Assembly (NCBI GenBank): GCA_963761335.1
Contig: CAVXGR010000013.1
Span: 224,001-288,000 of the forward strand
Direction: 5' to 3'
Origin: an uncultured delta proteobacterium
GTDB taxonomy: Bacteria > Desulfobacterota > Binatia > HRBIN30 > BPIQ01
DNA: 64,000 nucleotides
Part shown: piece by piece, positions 19,801 to 28,636 of the stretch
Position numbering within the stretch: position 1 is the first letter of the stretch
Layout of the letters: each line of letters begins with the position of its first letter
Made by a program: the position numbers and the translations under genes
Notes under the pieces: generated by a model
What the model was told of the DNA's origin: nothing
The model's input: only the letters and a program-made list of their open reading frames with translations
Databases searched by the model: none

Positions 19801-20553
19801 CGACCAGCCGCCGAGCGGCAGGCGGCTGCCGTTGCGGGCGATGGTCCCGAGAATCTTCCCGAGCTCCGGTTGCCGCTGCACCTCGACGTCGCGATAGGTG
19901 CCGATCACCAGGACGCGGGCAGCCACCAGCTCGCGTGCCAGGAACTGCAGCAGCAGTAGGGACGGCTCGTCGGCGGCCTGAAGATCGTCGAGGATCAGCA
20001 CCAGGGGCTGCGTGCCCGCGACGTTCTTGAGAAAGGTGACCGCGGCGTCGAAGAGGGGAAAGCGCGCGTGCTCGGAGTCGATCGGCGAGGGCGCCGGTGA
20101 CTGTGGCAGGTCGGGCAGGGTCTCGCGCAGCTCGGGAAGCAGCTGCGCCAGGCGGGCTGCTCCCGATCCGAGATGACGGCGAAGCGCCGCCGCATCGAGC
20201 CCGGGCAGCAGCGCGCGGATCGCCTGGATCCAGGGCCAGTAGGCCGGGGCGCCGCCGCCTTCCCAACAACGTCCCCACAGGACCAGCGCGCCGCTCCCGG
20301 CAGCCGCTGCCGCCAGCTCCTCGGCCAGTCGCGTCTTGCCGATGCCGGGCTCGCCAGCCACGAGAAACAGCCGGCCGCGCCCGCCGGCCGCTTCGAGTAA
20401 CCCCGCTTGCAGCTCGCTGAGCTCGCGCTCGCGGCCCACGAACAATCGCGCCGTCCGCGTCCCGGAGCCCCCGCCACTGTCGCGCGTCACTACTGTTCGT
20501 CCCTCGTTTTCTGTGACGGGCCGGCGCACCCGTCCGTGCTTAGGTGCCTTCAT
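16885..20553 (-). CDS. STAND/AAA ATPase-TPR transcriptional regulator (MalT/LAL-like)
   Basis: FVGRERE, Walker A GEPGIGKT, Walker B LILDD, TDGNPFF, helical repeats, and a C-terminal KGLRYI..LL..PGREFHALDL...ERARLNVTRAI domain. Start uncertain. Confidence 0.85.
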   Translation of the reverse strand: MKAPKHGRVRRPVTENEGRTVVTRDSGGGSGTRTARLFVGRERELSELQAGLLEAAGGRGRLFLVAGEPGIGKTRLAEELAAAAAGSGALVLWGRCWEGGGAPAYWPWIQAIRALLPGLDAAALRRHLGSGAARLAQLLPELRETLPDLPQSPAPSPIDSEHARFPLFDAAVTFLKNVAGTQPLVLILDDLQAADEPSLLLLQFLARELVAARVLVIGTYRDVEVQRQPELGKILGTIARNGSRLPLGGWSEEDVRHFMERVFGLKPSPGLVATVYRATDGNPFFVDEIVRLLVSEGRTELSGLRIPHGVREATRERLRPLSARCHRALEIAAVVGRDFELACLQRTSSLAPADLLDAVTEAAAAGIVTRLPSELGRYSFTHALIRETLYEDLPLSQRVELHARVAEALEVVHGDHPESVLTEVAHHLLQAAAGGGVERAITYAVRAGRQAATLLAHEEAAHWYEQALQVLALRESPRESERLDLLLALGEAQARAWHTADSRATLSAAAEIARRLDAREAFARAALGFGGAGLGLPVGGVVDHALVKLLEEALRQLERRDSRLRALVLARLAVELYFSDAAQRRAELSKEAVDIAHRLGDPATLAYAVNARHFALWSSPDVAERMAVADEALRLAEQAGDGDMAIQSQTWRLLDLVEMGATGSWEQEVAKCTRLAEELRQPRYLCGAANLRAMHALWRGRFAEVEAVAEQALRIAERVQDANAAGNVRAQLFVLHRLQGRYDVLEPFVEAAVAQLPHLPAVRCMRALVCMDLDRREQARAELELLAANDFAQLARVNSLEALIPWLSQVCAYLDDARRAALLREQLLRYGEHRNVSFGMRVCFGPASHALAVLATVLKDFAEAERCFEAALERIEAMEGGPALALARCDFARMLLCRNAPGDGRRGRDLASQALAVAESLGMPPTATRARALISQAAATPAPSDPESRRARAYGGGAQARVITGADSEKEQASPGKRGRRGRVLSFPAKRGLAVAPQKVTPAGIGAAMDSEPAVESDSHAGVFRLEGEYWAVGYGGSLLRLKDTKGLRYIACLLRQPGREFHALDLAADAYPGTAGGVAGGGMSANDIEQLGLRVSTDPERGEPLLDVQARAAYKQRLVHLREQLDEASSFNDIERAAALRREIEFLSRELARALGLQGRDRTASSAGERARLNVTRAIRSVIKRIAARNPILGHYLESTIKTGAFCVYVPDVRAPIHWAL

Positions 20554-20961
20554 CGGGCCCTCGGGTCAAGTCGGAACCCGCCGCCCGTGGTTGTGCGAGG
20601 CGCCGATGACCGCCAAGCAGCTCAGACATCAACGGCAAGAAATGGTTCTCGCCTTCGAGAAGCATCGAAGCATCTGCAACACGTGAGCTTCCGCAGCGGC
20701 GGCCGCGATCTCATGGCAGAGATTATGCTGCTCCGCACAAGCGGATCGGCAGGCCTCACGCCGCGCGCGCCTCGGAGCACGGAAGCCCGGCGGCGGACGG
20801 CGTGACTCAGCGTCCAGGAGGGGTAACGGCAATGTGGTTCCCACTCGACCCGAGGTGGAGAAGAGCCTCCGGCGGTCGTGCTTGCGCAGCCCGCGCACCG
20901 CCCACTCGCGGCACTCGCACCTGGACCCGATGACGCCATCATCTTCCAGGGGAGGTGCCTT

Positions 20962-21191
20962 ATGAAACGAGAGCTCGCTGGTGAGGAGAAGCTCACCCGC
21001 CGAGAGGCGCTGGAACCCTTGGATGCTGCGGCTCGGCCTCGGCATCGGTGCTCTGGCCGTGTTGCTGTCCGGCCGCAAGGCTGCTTCGCCGGCTGGGGAG
21101 ACATGCCAGGTTTCGGCTCCTCCGGAACAACTCAGAAGGCAACAGCTGGCACTGCGAGTACTGCGGACACCGATTCCAGGATCACTGGTGA
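20962..21191 (+). pseudogene. Frameshifted small Tat-signal, Cys/His-rich peptide
   Basis: GGAGG then ATG. Segments in three frames read MKRELAGEEKLTRREAL / MLRLGLGIGALAVLLSGRKAA / FAGWG / CQVS / EGNSWHCEYCGHRFQDHW*. Confidence 0.55.
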
Positions 21192-21219
21192 GCCGCTGAT
21201 TCCCGCAAGGAGGTGAAAA

Positions 21220-21853
21220 ATGCGTAGCGTTGGCGTTGAGAGGACGAGGGTGGTGGAGAACGCGACGCGCCTCGCAGCCACTGCAAGCGCGCTCGCACTG
21301 GCCACTCTCCTGTCGTCCCCATGTCTCGCGGGCTCCGATGTCCGCCCGTTCGGCGGCACCTGGTACGGTACCGAGACATTCGGTGGGCAAGTCGTTGAGT
21401 CTGATGACCGTGGGCCCAGACGGAACCTGCGTGATGAGAACAGGGAATCCGCCGTACATCTTCTTCCAATCGGGTCATCTGATTGTGAGCGGAAACCGGG
21501 TCACCTTTCCGGTGGAGGATTGGGCGCCTAAGCAGGACCCCTCGGGAAGGCCAGGATCCAAACCCCCTTCCGGAACCTGCTTCTACGAGTTCCCGTCGCC
21601 CGATACCCTGCTCATCAGTCTCTGGATCTCCGCAGCGTGTCGACGTGGCACAAGCGGTGACCCGCGAGGCGGCGAATGCAGCCGGAGAGCGGGAGCAGTG
21701 CTCCCGTTCTCCGCAAGGGACAGGGTGCCATGGGTAGTGTCTAATTGCCGATCCGACCTTCCTGTTGTGCTTCCCCGGCTCGGGGAAAGGTCTCCTCTCC
21801 CGCATTCTTTTCCGCGGGGAGAGGATCAAGGTGAGGGGTCCTTTTCTCACTGA
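21220..21853 (+). pseudogene. Frameshifted secreted beta-barrel-like protein
   Basis: Strong SD AAGGAGGTG, signal peptide, then FGGTWYGTETFGGQVVES. Continues in another frame from about 21401 as LMTVGPDGTC...TCFYEFPSPDTLLI. True 3' end uncertain. Confidence 0.55.
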
Positions 21854-21934
21854 AAGTCTATGATTTCTGCGACGTTCAAAGAGATCGGCACCCTCACCCT
21901 TGCCCTCTCCCGCGAGAAGATGCGGGAGAGGGGA
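21791..21934. repeat. Pair of inverted CCCTCACCCT..CCCTCTCCC...GGGAGAGG REP-like palindromes
   Basis: One copy on the minus strand at 21791-21838 and one on the plus strand at 21891-21934. Each has an internal CTCTCCC/GGGAGAG stem. Confidence 0.8.
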
Positions 21935-22303
21935 CCCGCGCTCGCACCGTCGTGAAGACAACAGCAGTCGTTGTCAGTGGGGGATGTTCCCCGACTTGGG
22001 ACAGTACTCAGCCATGAGCCTTGCCGCCGCCAAGCAGACGATGAAAATGAGGCCAGGGGATCTGCCCCGGCAAAATTGGAGGTTCTCCCCGGGGCGATAC
22101 GCCTCCACGCCAAGCACCGGAGCGTCCTCTTTCCGTGAGTTCGCCGACGCATCGTGTGCGAGTCCCGCATGAGACCCTTCGAGATACGTCATCGAAAAAA
22201 TTGTTGCGCCTCGCGAAAGGGCCGGTGTAGAGTCGCAGCTCTTAGCGGACTTGTTGAGGGGCGTCTTCGCCTCGGATCGCAACTTTGTCACGGATGGAGC
22301 CTC

Positions 22304-24085
22304 ATGATGCAGGCGTGTCGCGATGTACGGGTACTGCGCACCATTTTGATCGCGCCGTCACGGTACGATGGCCGCCGGGTAGCGGTGTTTCGTTGGGGAA
22401 TGGGCCCCAACGGCGCGCTCGGTGCGCTGGCGGGTCTCGCCGAGGACTACAACCGGCGCCACGCCGGGCGCTCACAGATCGACTACGAGTTCTTCGACGA
22501 GTACGTGCGCCGCGCCGTCACCCCGAAGCTTCTGCGCCGCTGGCGCGATGCCGCAGTCGCCCGGGGACAGCGGTTCGTCATCATGCTCTGCGGGGTGCAG
22601 ACGTCGACGTATGCGCGTGCCCGCGACATTGCCCTGATGGCGCGCCGCGAGGACATCGAGGTGATCGCCGGAGGTGTTCACCTCTCCGGCCACGGCCCCT
22701 CGGTGGACTTCCTGGTTTCCTGCGGCGTTCACGTGGCCATTGGCGAGGTTGAGCCGATCTGGGACGAGATCATCGGCGACGCTCTGGAGGGGCGACTGCA
22801 GAGCCTCTACCGGATCGCCAAGCACCAGGGCATCGAGGTCAAGACGGCGACCTCCTACATGACGGCCCCCGACATCACCGCGGTTCCGTATCCGCACATC
22901 CCGCGGCGTCACTCGCGCCGCTACGTCAACCCGTGGCAGCTGTCGATCGATGGCTCGCGCGGCTGTCCCTTTCTCTGCACCTTCTGCGTCGTCAAGAACG
23001 TCTTCGGGCGCACCGTCAGAAGTCGCGACCCCGTGCAGCTCGCGGCTTGGATGGTCGAGCGCGTCCGGCGCGACGGCATCCGCGCCTTCTGGTTCACCGA
23101 CGACAACTTCGCCCGCAATGCGCGCCACACCGAGCTGCTCGAGCAGCTGGCCGCCGCCCGCGCCCAGGGGTTGGAGTTCTCCCTGTCGCTGATTCTCGAC
23201 GTCGAGGCCACCTGCTACGCCGACGATCCGTCGGAGCGCGGCGAGCGGACGCGCCGGTTCCTCGAGCTCTGCAAGGCCGCGGGCGTCGCCCACGTCTACA
23301 TCGGCTTGGAGAGCACCAACGACGCCGTTCTCCGGGAGATGCGCAAGGGGGTCAACCGCGACCGCGACGAGATCCACGGCGCCGGCGGTGATGCCGGCGC
23401 CGAGCTGGCTCGCCAGCGGCTGGTGAAGCGCTATCGCACCGCCGTCGGCGCCTGGCACGGCATCGGGGCGGCGGTGGAGTGCGGCTACATTCTCGGCTTC
23501 GAGGCCGACGCCCGAGGAGCCGGCGCGCAGGCGGCACGCGACATGGTCGAGATCGGCGTCGACATCACCGCCTTCTACCTGCTCGCCCCGCTTCCCGGCT
23601 CCGAGGACTATGCCCGCGCCGTCGCCGAGGGCAGTCTGATCACCGAGGACGTCAACGAGTACTTCCGCGACCGGGCGATGATGAAGCATCCGCGCCTCAG
23701 CCCGGCGGAGCTGGAGGAGGAGTTCAGAGCCGCCGTGCAGCTGTTCTGGAGCTGGCCGAACCTGGCGCGGCGCATCGGCGCGCACGTCCTCGGCCTCGGC
23801 GGCGCCCGCGCCAGGACTCCCTGGAGCTACTTGAAACGGCAGCTCGGCTGCAAGCTGATGGTGGACACCGGCATGCTCACCTACATCGGCGCCGGGCTGA
23901 TGCGCCGCCGCAAGGGACTCTGCGGAAGTCGCGAGGTCATCGGCGACGAGGACGCCCGCCATCACTACCTGGGCGGCGCCACGGTGGCGTCGCCGCTTCC
24001 GGCGATCCTGCGGGACGACACGCAGATGGAGTCGCTGCCGGTGCTGATACGCCGGCGCCCGGAAGCCGCCCGCGCCCAAGCTTGA
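22304..24085 (+). CDS. B12-binding-domain radical SAM protein (paralogue A)
   Basis: N-terminal IAPSRYD...AGGVH...GEVE cobalamin-binding-like domain, SRGCPFLCTFC, TDDNF, IGLES, PLPGSED. Confidence 0.88.
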   Translation: MMQACRDVRVLRTILIAPSRYDGRRVAVFRWGMGPNGALGALAGLAEDYNRRHAGRSQIDYEFFDEYVRRAVTPKLLRRWRDAAVARGQRFVIMLCGVQTSTYARARDIALMARREDIEVIAGGVHLSGHGPSVDFLVSCGVHVAIGEVEPIWDEIIGDALEGRLQSLYRIAKHQGIEVKTATSYMTAPDITAVPYPHIPRRHSRRYVNPWQLSIDGSRGCPFLCTFCVVKNVFGRTVRSRDPVQLAAWMVERVRRDGIRAFWFTDDNFARNARHTELLEQLAAARAQGLEFSLSLILDVEATCYADDPSERGERTRRFLELCKAAGVAHVYIGLESTNDAVLREMRKGVNRDRDEIHGAGGDAGAELARQRLVKRYRTAVGAWHGIGAAVECGYILGFEADARGAGAQAARDMVEIGVDITAFYLLAPLPGSEDYARAVAEGSLITEDVNEYFRDRAMMKHPRLSPAELEEEFRAAVQLFWSWPNLARRIGAHVLGLGGARARTPWSYLKRQLGCKLMVDTGMLTYIGAGLMRRRKGLCGSREVIGDEDARHHYLGGATVASPLPAILRDDTQMESLPVLIRRRPEAARAQA

Positions 24086-24086
24086 G

Positions 24087-25277
24087 CTAGCCCGCGTGCG
24101 CGGCGCGGGCTTCCGCAGCCGGCTGAGAGTCATCGGCGACGTCAATGACTCCCGCGAGACCGTATTTTTGCGGGCCGACGTACTTCAGATTGCAGCAGCC
24201 GTTGCAGCCCGGGTAGATGCGGTCGCGCTGCACCGATCGCCGGAAGGCGCGGAAACGCTCGCCGTTCCACACTTCCTCGATCGGCTGGCGGCGCATGTCG
24301 CCGGTAGCGGCGTAGTGGCACATGGGCGCATAGCGCCCGTCCGCAGCGACGGCGAGCCGGCTCCAGGTCCCTTCGCAAACGTACTCGGCCGGATCGAGAG
24401 CCCGCCCGGGGGTATAGTGGCGCACGAACTCCTCAACCGGCACATGCGGCGTCAGGCGGATCTGCACGCCGAGCTCGCGCTCCAGCTCGTAGCAGCGGAT
24501 CAGCTGCCGTCGCAGGAAGTCGGGGTCGACTCCCTCGGGCGCGCGCTGGGCGCGCCGCAGATGGTCGAGCTCGCCGCCCGCGGCGTTGGCGACCAGGTCG
24601 TGCTCGGCGAGAAAGTTGATCAGGTCGACGCCCAGGCGCTTCCCCAGGCGCACGAAGTCCACCATCGACGAGACGGTGTCGCGGGTCACCACCAGCTTGA
24701 GATCGAGCTTGGGGAATGACCTCCGCGCCTGCCGCCGCGCCCGCACCATGTGCTCCATCCCCTGCACGGCGCGCCGCCAGCTCCCCGGGCGCTGTACGAC
24801 GCGATCGTGGACCGCCTCGTCCCCCTGCAGGCTCACCTCCACCAGCACCAGCCCGTTCTGCCACACCCGCCGCGGTGCCAGGTCGACATACGCCAGCGCC
24901 ACCTCCTCGCTGACGAGAGCGCCGTTGGTGATCACGTGGGTGCGGTGCTGTCGCCCGGCGTGCGCCAGCAGCTCCGGAAAGTCGCGGCGCACCAGCGTCT
25001 CGCCGCCGGCGAAGGTGATCAGACGGCCGCGCGGCAGCTCGTCGATGCGCCGCTTGAGATCCTCCAGCCCGATGTCGCGCGGCGAAGGTCCGAAAGGCTG
25101 CGCCTTCCCCTCGATGATATCCAGGTACTGGCAGAAGTTGCAGCGCAGGTTGCAGCGGTAGGTGACCTCCATGAGCATGTGGATCGGAAGGAAGGCGCGC
25201 CCGTCCCGCCACAGGAGCCGCGGAATGGTCGCGTGCGCCTCGAAGAACTTCTGCAGCAGCCAGCTCAGGTTCACCAT
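24087..25277 (-). CDS. Radical SAM protein with SPASM/twitch domain (MVNLSW paralogue C)
   Basis: CNLRCNFC, GGE, CEGTW...PMC...CNGCC. Collinear with 9301 and 10455. Confidence 0.92.
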   Translation of the reverse strand: MVNLSWLLQKFFEAHATIPRLLWRDGRAFLPIHMLMEVTYRCNLRCNFCQYLDIIEGKAQPFGPSPRDIGLEDLKRRIDELPRGRLITFAGGETLVRRDFPELLAHAGRQHRTHVITNGALVSEEVALAYVDLAPRRVWQNGLVLVEVSLQGDEAVHDRVVQRPGSWRRAVQGMEHMVRARRQARRSFPKLDLKLVVTRDTVSSMVDFVRLGKRLGVDLINFLAEHDLVANAAGGELDHLRRAQRAPEGVDPDFLRRQLIRCYELERELGVQIRLTPHVPVEEFVRHYTPGRALDPAEYVCEGTWSRLAVAADGRYAPMCHYAATGDMRRQPIEEVWNGERFRAFRRSVQRDRIYPGCNGCCNLKYVGPQKYGLAGVIDVADDSQPAAEARAAHAG

Positions 25278-25383
25278 CGGCTTCAGACCCGCAATGTTTG
25301 GATTCGGGGTCACTCTCGCTCGGCGCCGGGTCTTCAGTCAATCGATTCTTGCTTTCCCCACAGGCCGTGGATACGGTGCGGCG

Positions 25384-27501
25384 ATGAGGCGCCGCCGGCG
25401 GTCCCGGGTCTCCATCGCCGCGGCCCTGCTGTGTGCGGCTGCCTCGGCGGGAGCCGCGCACGCCGACCTGTGCGCCTTCGTCAGCAACGCCGCCGACAAC
25501 TCGGTTTCGGTGGTGGACGTCGCCAGCGGCACGGTGACCAGGACCATCCGCGTCGGCCGGCGGCCGGCAGCGGTCACCGCGACACCGGACGGGCAGCTGC
25601 TCTACGTCGGCAATGCCGACGATCCCGACGAAGAGGTCGACCACATGCCCGGCGTTCGCGATACGCTGTCGGTCATCGAAACGGGCAGTGGGCGCACCCT
25701 GGATATGGTCGAGGTGGGCCGCAGCCCGCACGGGATCGCCGTCACTCCCGATGGCCACCACGTCTTCGAAGCCGATACCTTTCAGGGCACCGTCTCGGTG
25801 ATCGACACCAGTAACAACGAGGTGGTGCAGACGCTGCCCGCGGGGGGAGCGCCGGTGTTCCCGGCGATCAGCCCCGACGGCAGCCGCTTCTACGTCGGCG
25901 ACAGCCAGGGCGGCAACGTGCGCGTGATCGACACCGCGTCGTACCAGACGCTGAAGACGATCGCGATCACGGGTGGCCCGAGCGGGATCGCCTTCCACCC
26001 CGACGGCAGCAGGGCATATGTCGCCGCCATCGGCGCCGACGCCGTCGACGTGATCGACACCGGCTCTCTGCAGGTGGTGGGCTCGGTGGAGAACGAGTCG
26101 CACCCCTTCGCCATGGCGGTCGCACCGGGGCGCCAGACGCTGTACGTCGGCCTTCTGGGAACCGCACAGGTCGGTGCCATCGACATGCACAGCGATATGG
26201 GCATCGGCACGATCGACGTCGGCACGCCCGGCGACTTTCCCTTTTTTGCCGCGATCAGTCCGGACGAGAGGCGCCTCTACGTGGTCCTCCGCTTCGCCGA
26301 CAGCGTCGCCGTCGTCGACCTCGACACGCAGCAACGCATCGGCTCCTTCGCGACCGGCCGCGAGCCCCGCGGCATCGCCGTCCTCGACCTCGACGGCCCC
26401 TGCCCTGGCGACCGTCTTCCCGACCTATGGTCGGCGGCCACCCCGCTCTCGTCGCGGCGGCAGGAGATCGCCGGCGTCGAGCTGGGCGGTTACGTCTACG
26501 CCGTGGGCGGTCTCGCCGGCGCCTCGCAGGCGGCGGCGCAACCGCTCGCCTCGGTGGAGCGCTACGACCCGGAGCGCGACCAATGGGAGATGGTGGCACC
26601 GCTGCCGACGCCTCTGCACCATCCCGCCGCCGCCACCGTCGGCGGCAGGCTCTACGTCATCGGCGGCTTCGAGACGAGCGCCTTCACGGCCGTGGACTCG
26701 GTATACGCCTACGATCCTACCGCCGACCACTGGGAGAGCCGGGCGCCGCTCCCGGCACCGCGCGGCGCCGCGACTGCGGCGGTGATCGACGGCCGCATCT
26801 ACGTCGCTGGCGGCCTGCGCGACAGCTCCGTCGACGACTTCGCCGTCTATGACCCCGCGGCCAACCAGTGGACTTCGCTGCCGCCGATGCCGACCGCCCG
26901 CGATCATCTCGGATCGGGGGTGATTGGGGGGATCTTCTACGCCGCCGGCGGCCGCACCGCGGGCGATCTGACCGGCGTCGTCGAGGCGTACGACCCGTCG
27001 ACTGGAGCCTGGCGGAGCAACCTGGCGCCGATGCCCGAGCCGCGCGCCGCCGTGGCCGCGGCCGTCGCCGCCAGCCGCCTCTTCGTCTTCGGCGGCGAGG
27101 GAAACCCGGCGCGCAGCGACGGAACCTTCCCGCAGGTCGAGGCCTACAACCCACGCGCCGACCTGTGGGAGAGCTTTCCGGACATGCGCTGGCCCCGCCA
27201 CGGCTCGGCCGCGGTGGCGCTTGGCCGCCGGGTCGCGGTTCTCGCCGGGGGCTCCATCGAGGGATTTGGCCCAACTGCGGGCAACGAGGTCTTCACCCTT
27301 CCGGGCACCGCGTGTGCCGGCGATTGCCACGGCGACGGAAAGATCAGAGCCGTGGAAGTGAACACCGCCGTGGCCGCGCTCTTTTCGGATTACTCCGACC
27401 CGGCATGTCCACAGGTCGCGTTCGATACCGACGGCGACGGCAGAGTCGCGGCCGCGGAGGTTTTGGCGACGGTGATCAGCGCCGGCGGCTGCAGGGGTTG
27501 A
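25384..27501 (+). CDS. Secreted YVTN/YncE beta-propeller + Kelch propeller protein with C-terminal dockerin-like module
   Basis: Signal peptide (AHA), repeated SV.VID...VG..P..IA..PDG, six Kelch GG..Y/W repeats, and CAGDCHGDG...DTDGDG...GC. Confidence 0.88.
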   Translation: MRRRRRSRVSIAAALLCAAASAGAAHADLCAFVSNAADNSVSVVDVASGTVTRTIRVGRRPAAVTATPDGQLLYVGNADDPDEEVDHMPGVRDTLSVIETGSGRTLDMVEVGRSPHGIAVTPDGHHVFEADTFQGTVSVIDTSNNEVVQTLPAGGAPVFPAISPDGSRFYVGDSQGGNVRVIDTASYQTLKTIAITGGPSGIAFHPDGSRAYVAAIGADAVDVIDTGSLQVVGSVENESHPFAMAVAPGRQTLYVGLLGTAQVGAIDMHSDMGIGTIDVGTPGDFPFFAAISPDERRLYVVLRFADSVAVVDLDTQQRIGSFATGREPRGIAVLDLDGPCPGDRLPDLWSAATPLSSRRQEIAGVELGGYVYAVGGLAGASQAAAQPLASVERYDPERDQWEMVAPLPTPLHHPAAATVGGRLYVIGGFETSAFTAVDSVYAYDPTADHWESRAPLPAPRGAATAAVIDGRIYVAGGLRDSSVDDFAVYDPAANQWTSLPPMPTARDHLGSGVIGGIFYAAGGRTAGDLTGVVEAYDPSTGAWRSNLAPMPEPRAAVAAAVAASRLFVFGGEGNPARSDGTFPQVEAYNPRADLWESFPDMRWPRHGSAAVALGRRVAVLAGGSIEGFGPTAGNEVFTLPGTACAGDCHGDGKIRAVEVNTAVAALFSDYSDPACPQVAFDTDGDGRVAAAEVLATVISAGGCRG

Positions 27502-27682
27502 GGAAAGTTAAGCGGATTCTCCGATGAATCTGGGGGAGGTTCAGCGGCGGGGTGGGGTGAAGAGCCTACTAAACCCGGGCAAACGAGTTCGCCGACCCGC
27601 GGGCAATGTAGAAGCGGCGTCTCGCCGCTACTTCGGCGCCAAAGAGGTATGGTGATAGTGTGAGAGCGCTTGCTGGTGAGCA

Positions 27683-28615
27683 CTGGCGCTGAAGAACCAG
27701 ATTCTGTTCAGGAAGGCGAAGCAGCTCAACGAGAGGGAGCGTTTCGACATCGTCTTCGGGACGATGAACGAGATCGATGTCGGAGCCAGGGCCATCGAGT
27801 ACGTTCACTACCCGTGGGCCTACTGGCCCCGTGCAAGCAGCGACCTCCGCTGGTATCACTTCTCCCCCGCGTGCGCCTGTATCGCCGCACCGCGGCGCTG
27901 GTGTCGGGATACGACCCGCGGCGGATCGCGCAGAACGTCACGCTCGTCAACTCCGACTGGACAGGTGACGTCTTCGCGGCCTGCTACGGCTCTGGTCGGC
28001 GGACCGTCTACCCGCCGGTTACGGAGGGGGACGGGAGCGTCCCGTCGCCGAACGGCTTCGCGGATTCACCTGTATCGGGCGCATCTCGACGGAGAAGAGA
28101 CTGGATGACATCATCGGAATCCTCACGGCAGTCCGGGCACGGGGACATGATGTCTCCTTGCAGATCATTGGGCATGTCGAGTCCCCCGCCTACATGAAGC
28201 GCATCGTCGCCGCGCGGAGCCACACGGAGCATGGATCTCATTCTTTCACGAGGTGCCGCGCGAGGAGCTGGTGCAGCTGATGGTCCGCAACCGCTATGCG
28301 ATCCACGGCATGGTGGACGAGCACTTCGGGATCGCACCGGCAGAGCTGCAACGTGCCGGCTGCATCACCTTCGTGCCGAACGGCGGTGGCTCTCCCGAGA
28401 TCGTGGGCCGAGACGAACGGCTCGTCTATCGCTCCATCGAGGACGCGATCGAGAAGATCGACCGCGTCCTCTCGGACCCCGAGCTCGAGGCCGAGCTCCG
28501 TCGCGACATCGAGCTGCGCCGCGCCTGCTTCTCGGAGCACCGCTTCATGGAGGAGATCCTGGAGATCGTGGATTCGTTCGGGACGTCCGGCCGTGGAAGG
28601 CCCACGGGAGAATAG
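27683..28615 (+). pseudogene. GT4 glycosyltransferase (ALG11-like EHFGI type), 5'-truncated with multiple frameshifts
   Basis: Fragments in different frames: YVHYP, LVNSDWT..VYPPV, CIGRISTEKR, and HGMVDEHFGIAPAE..AGC..GG. At least three shifts, near 27870, 28063 and 28230. Confidence 0.8.
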
Positions 28616-28636
28616 CTTGCCGGCCAGTCGCGCCGA

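Noticed and set aside
20553..20960. Short ORFs upstream of the STAND gene (also 21940-22300)
   Set aside because: No recognisable motifs, SD sites or consistent coding signal.
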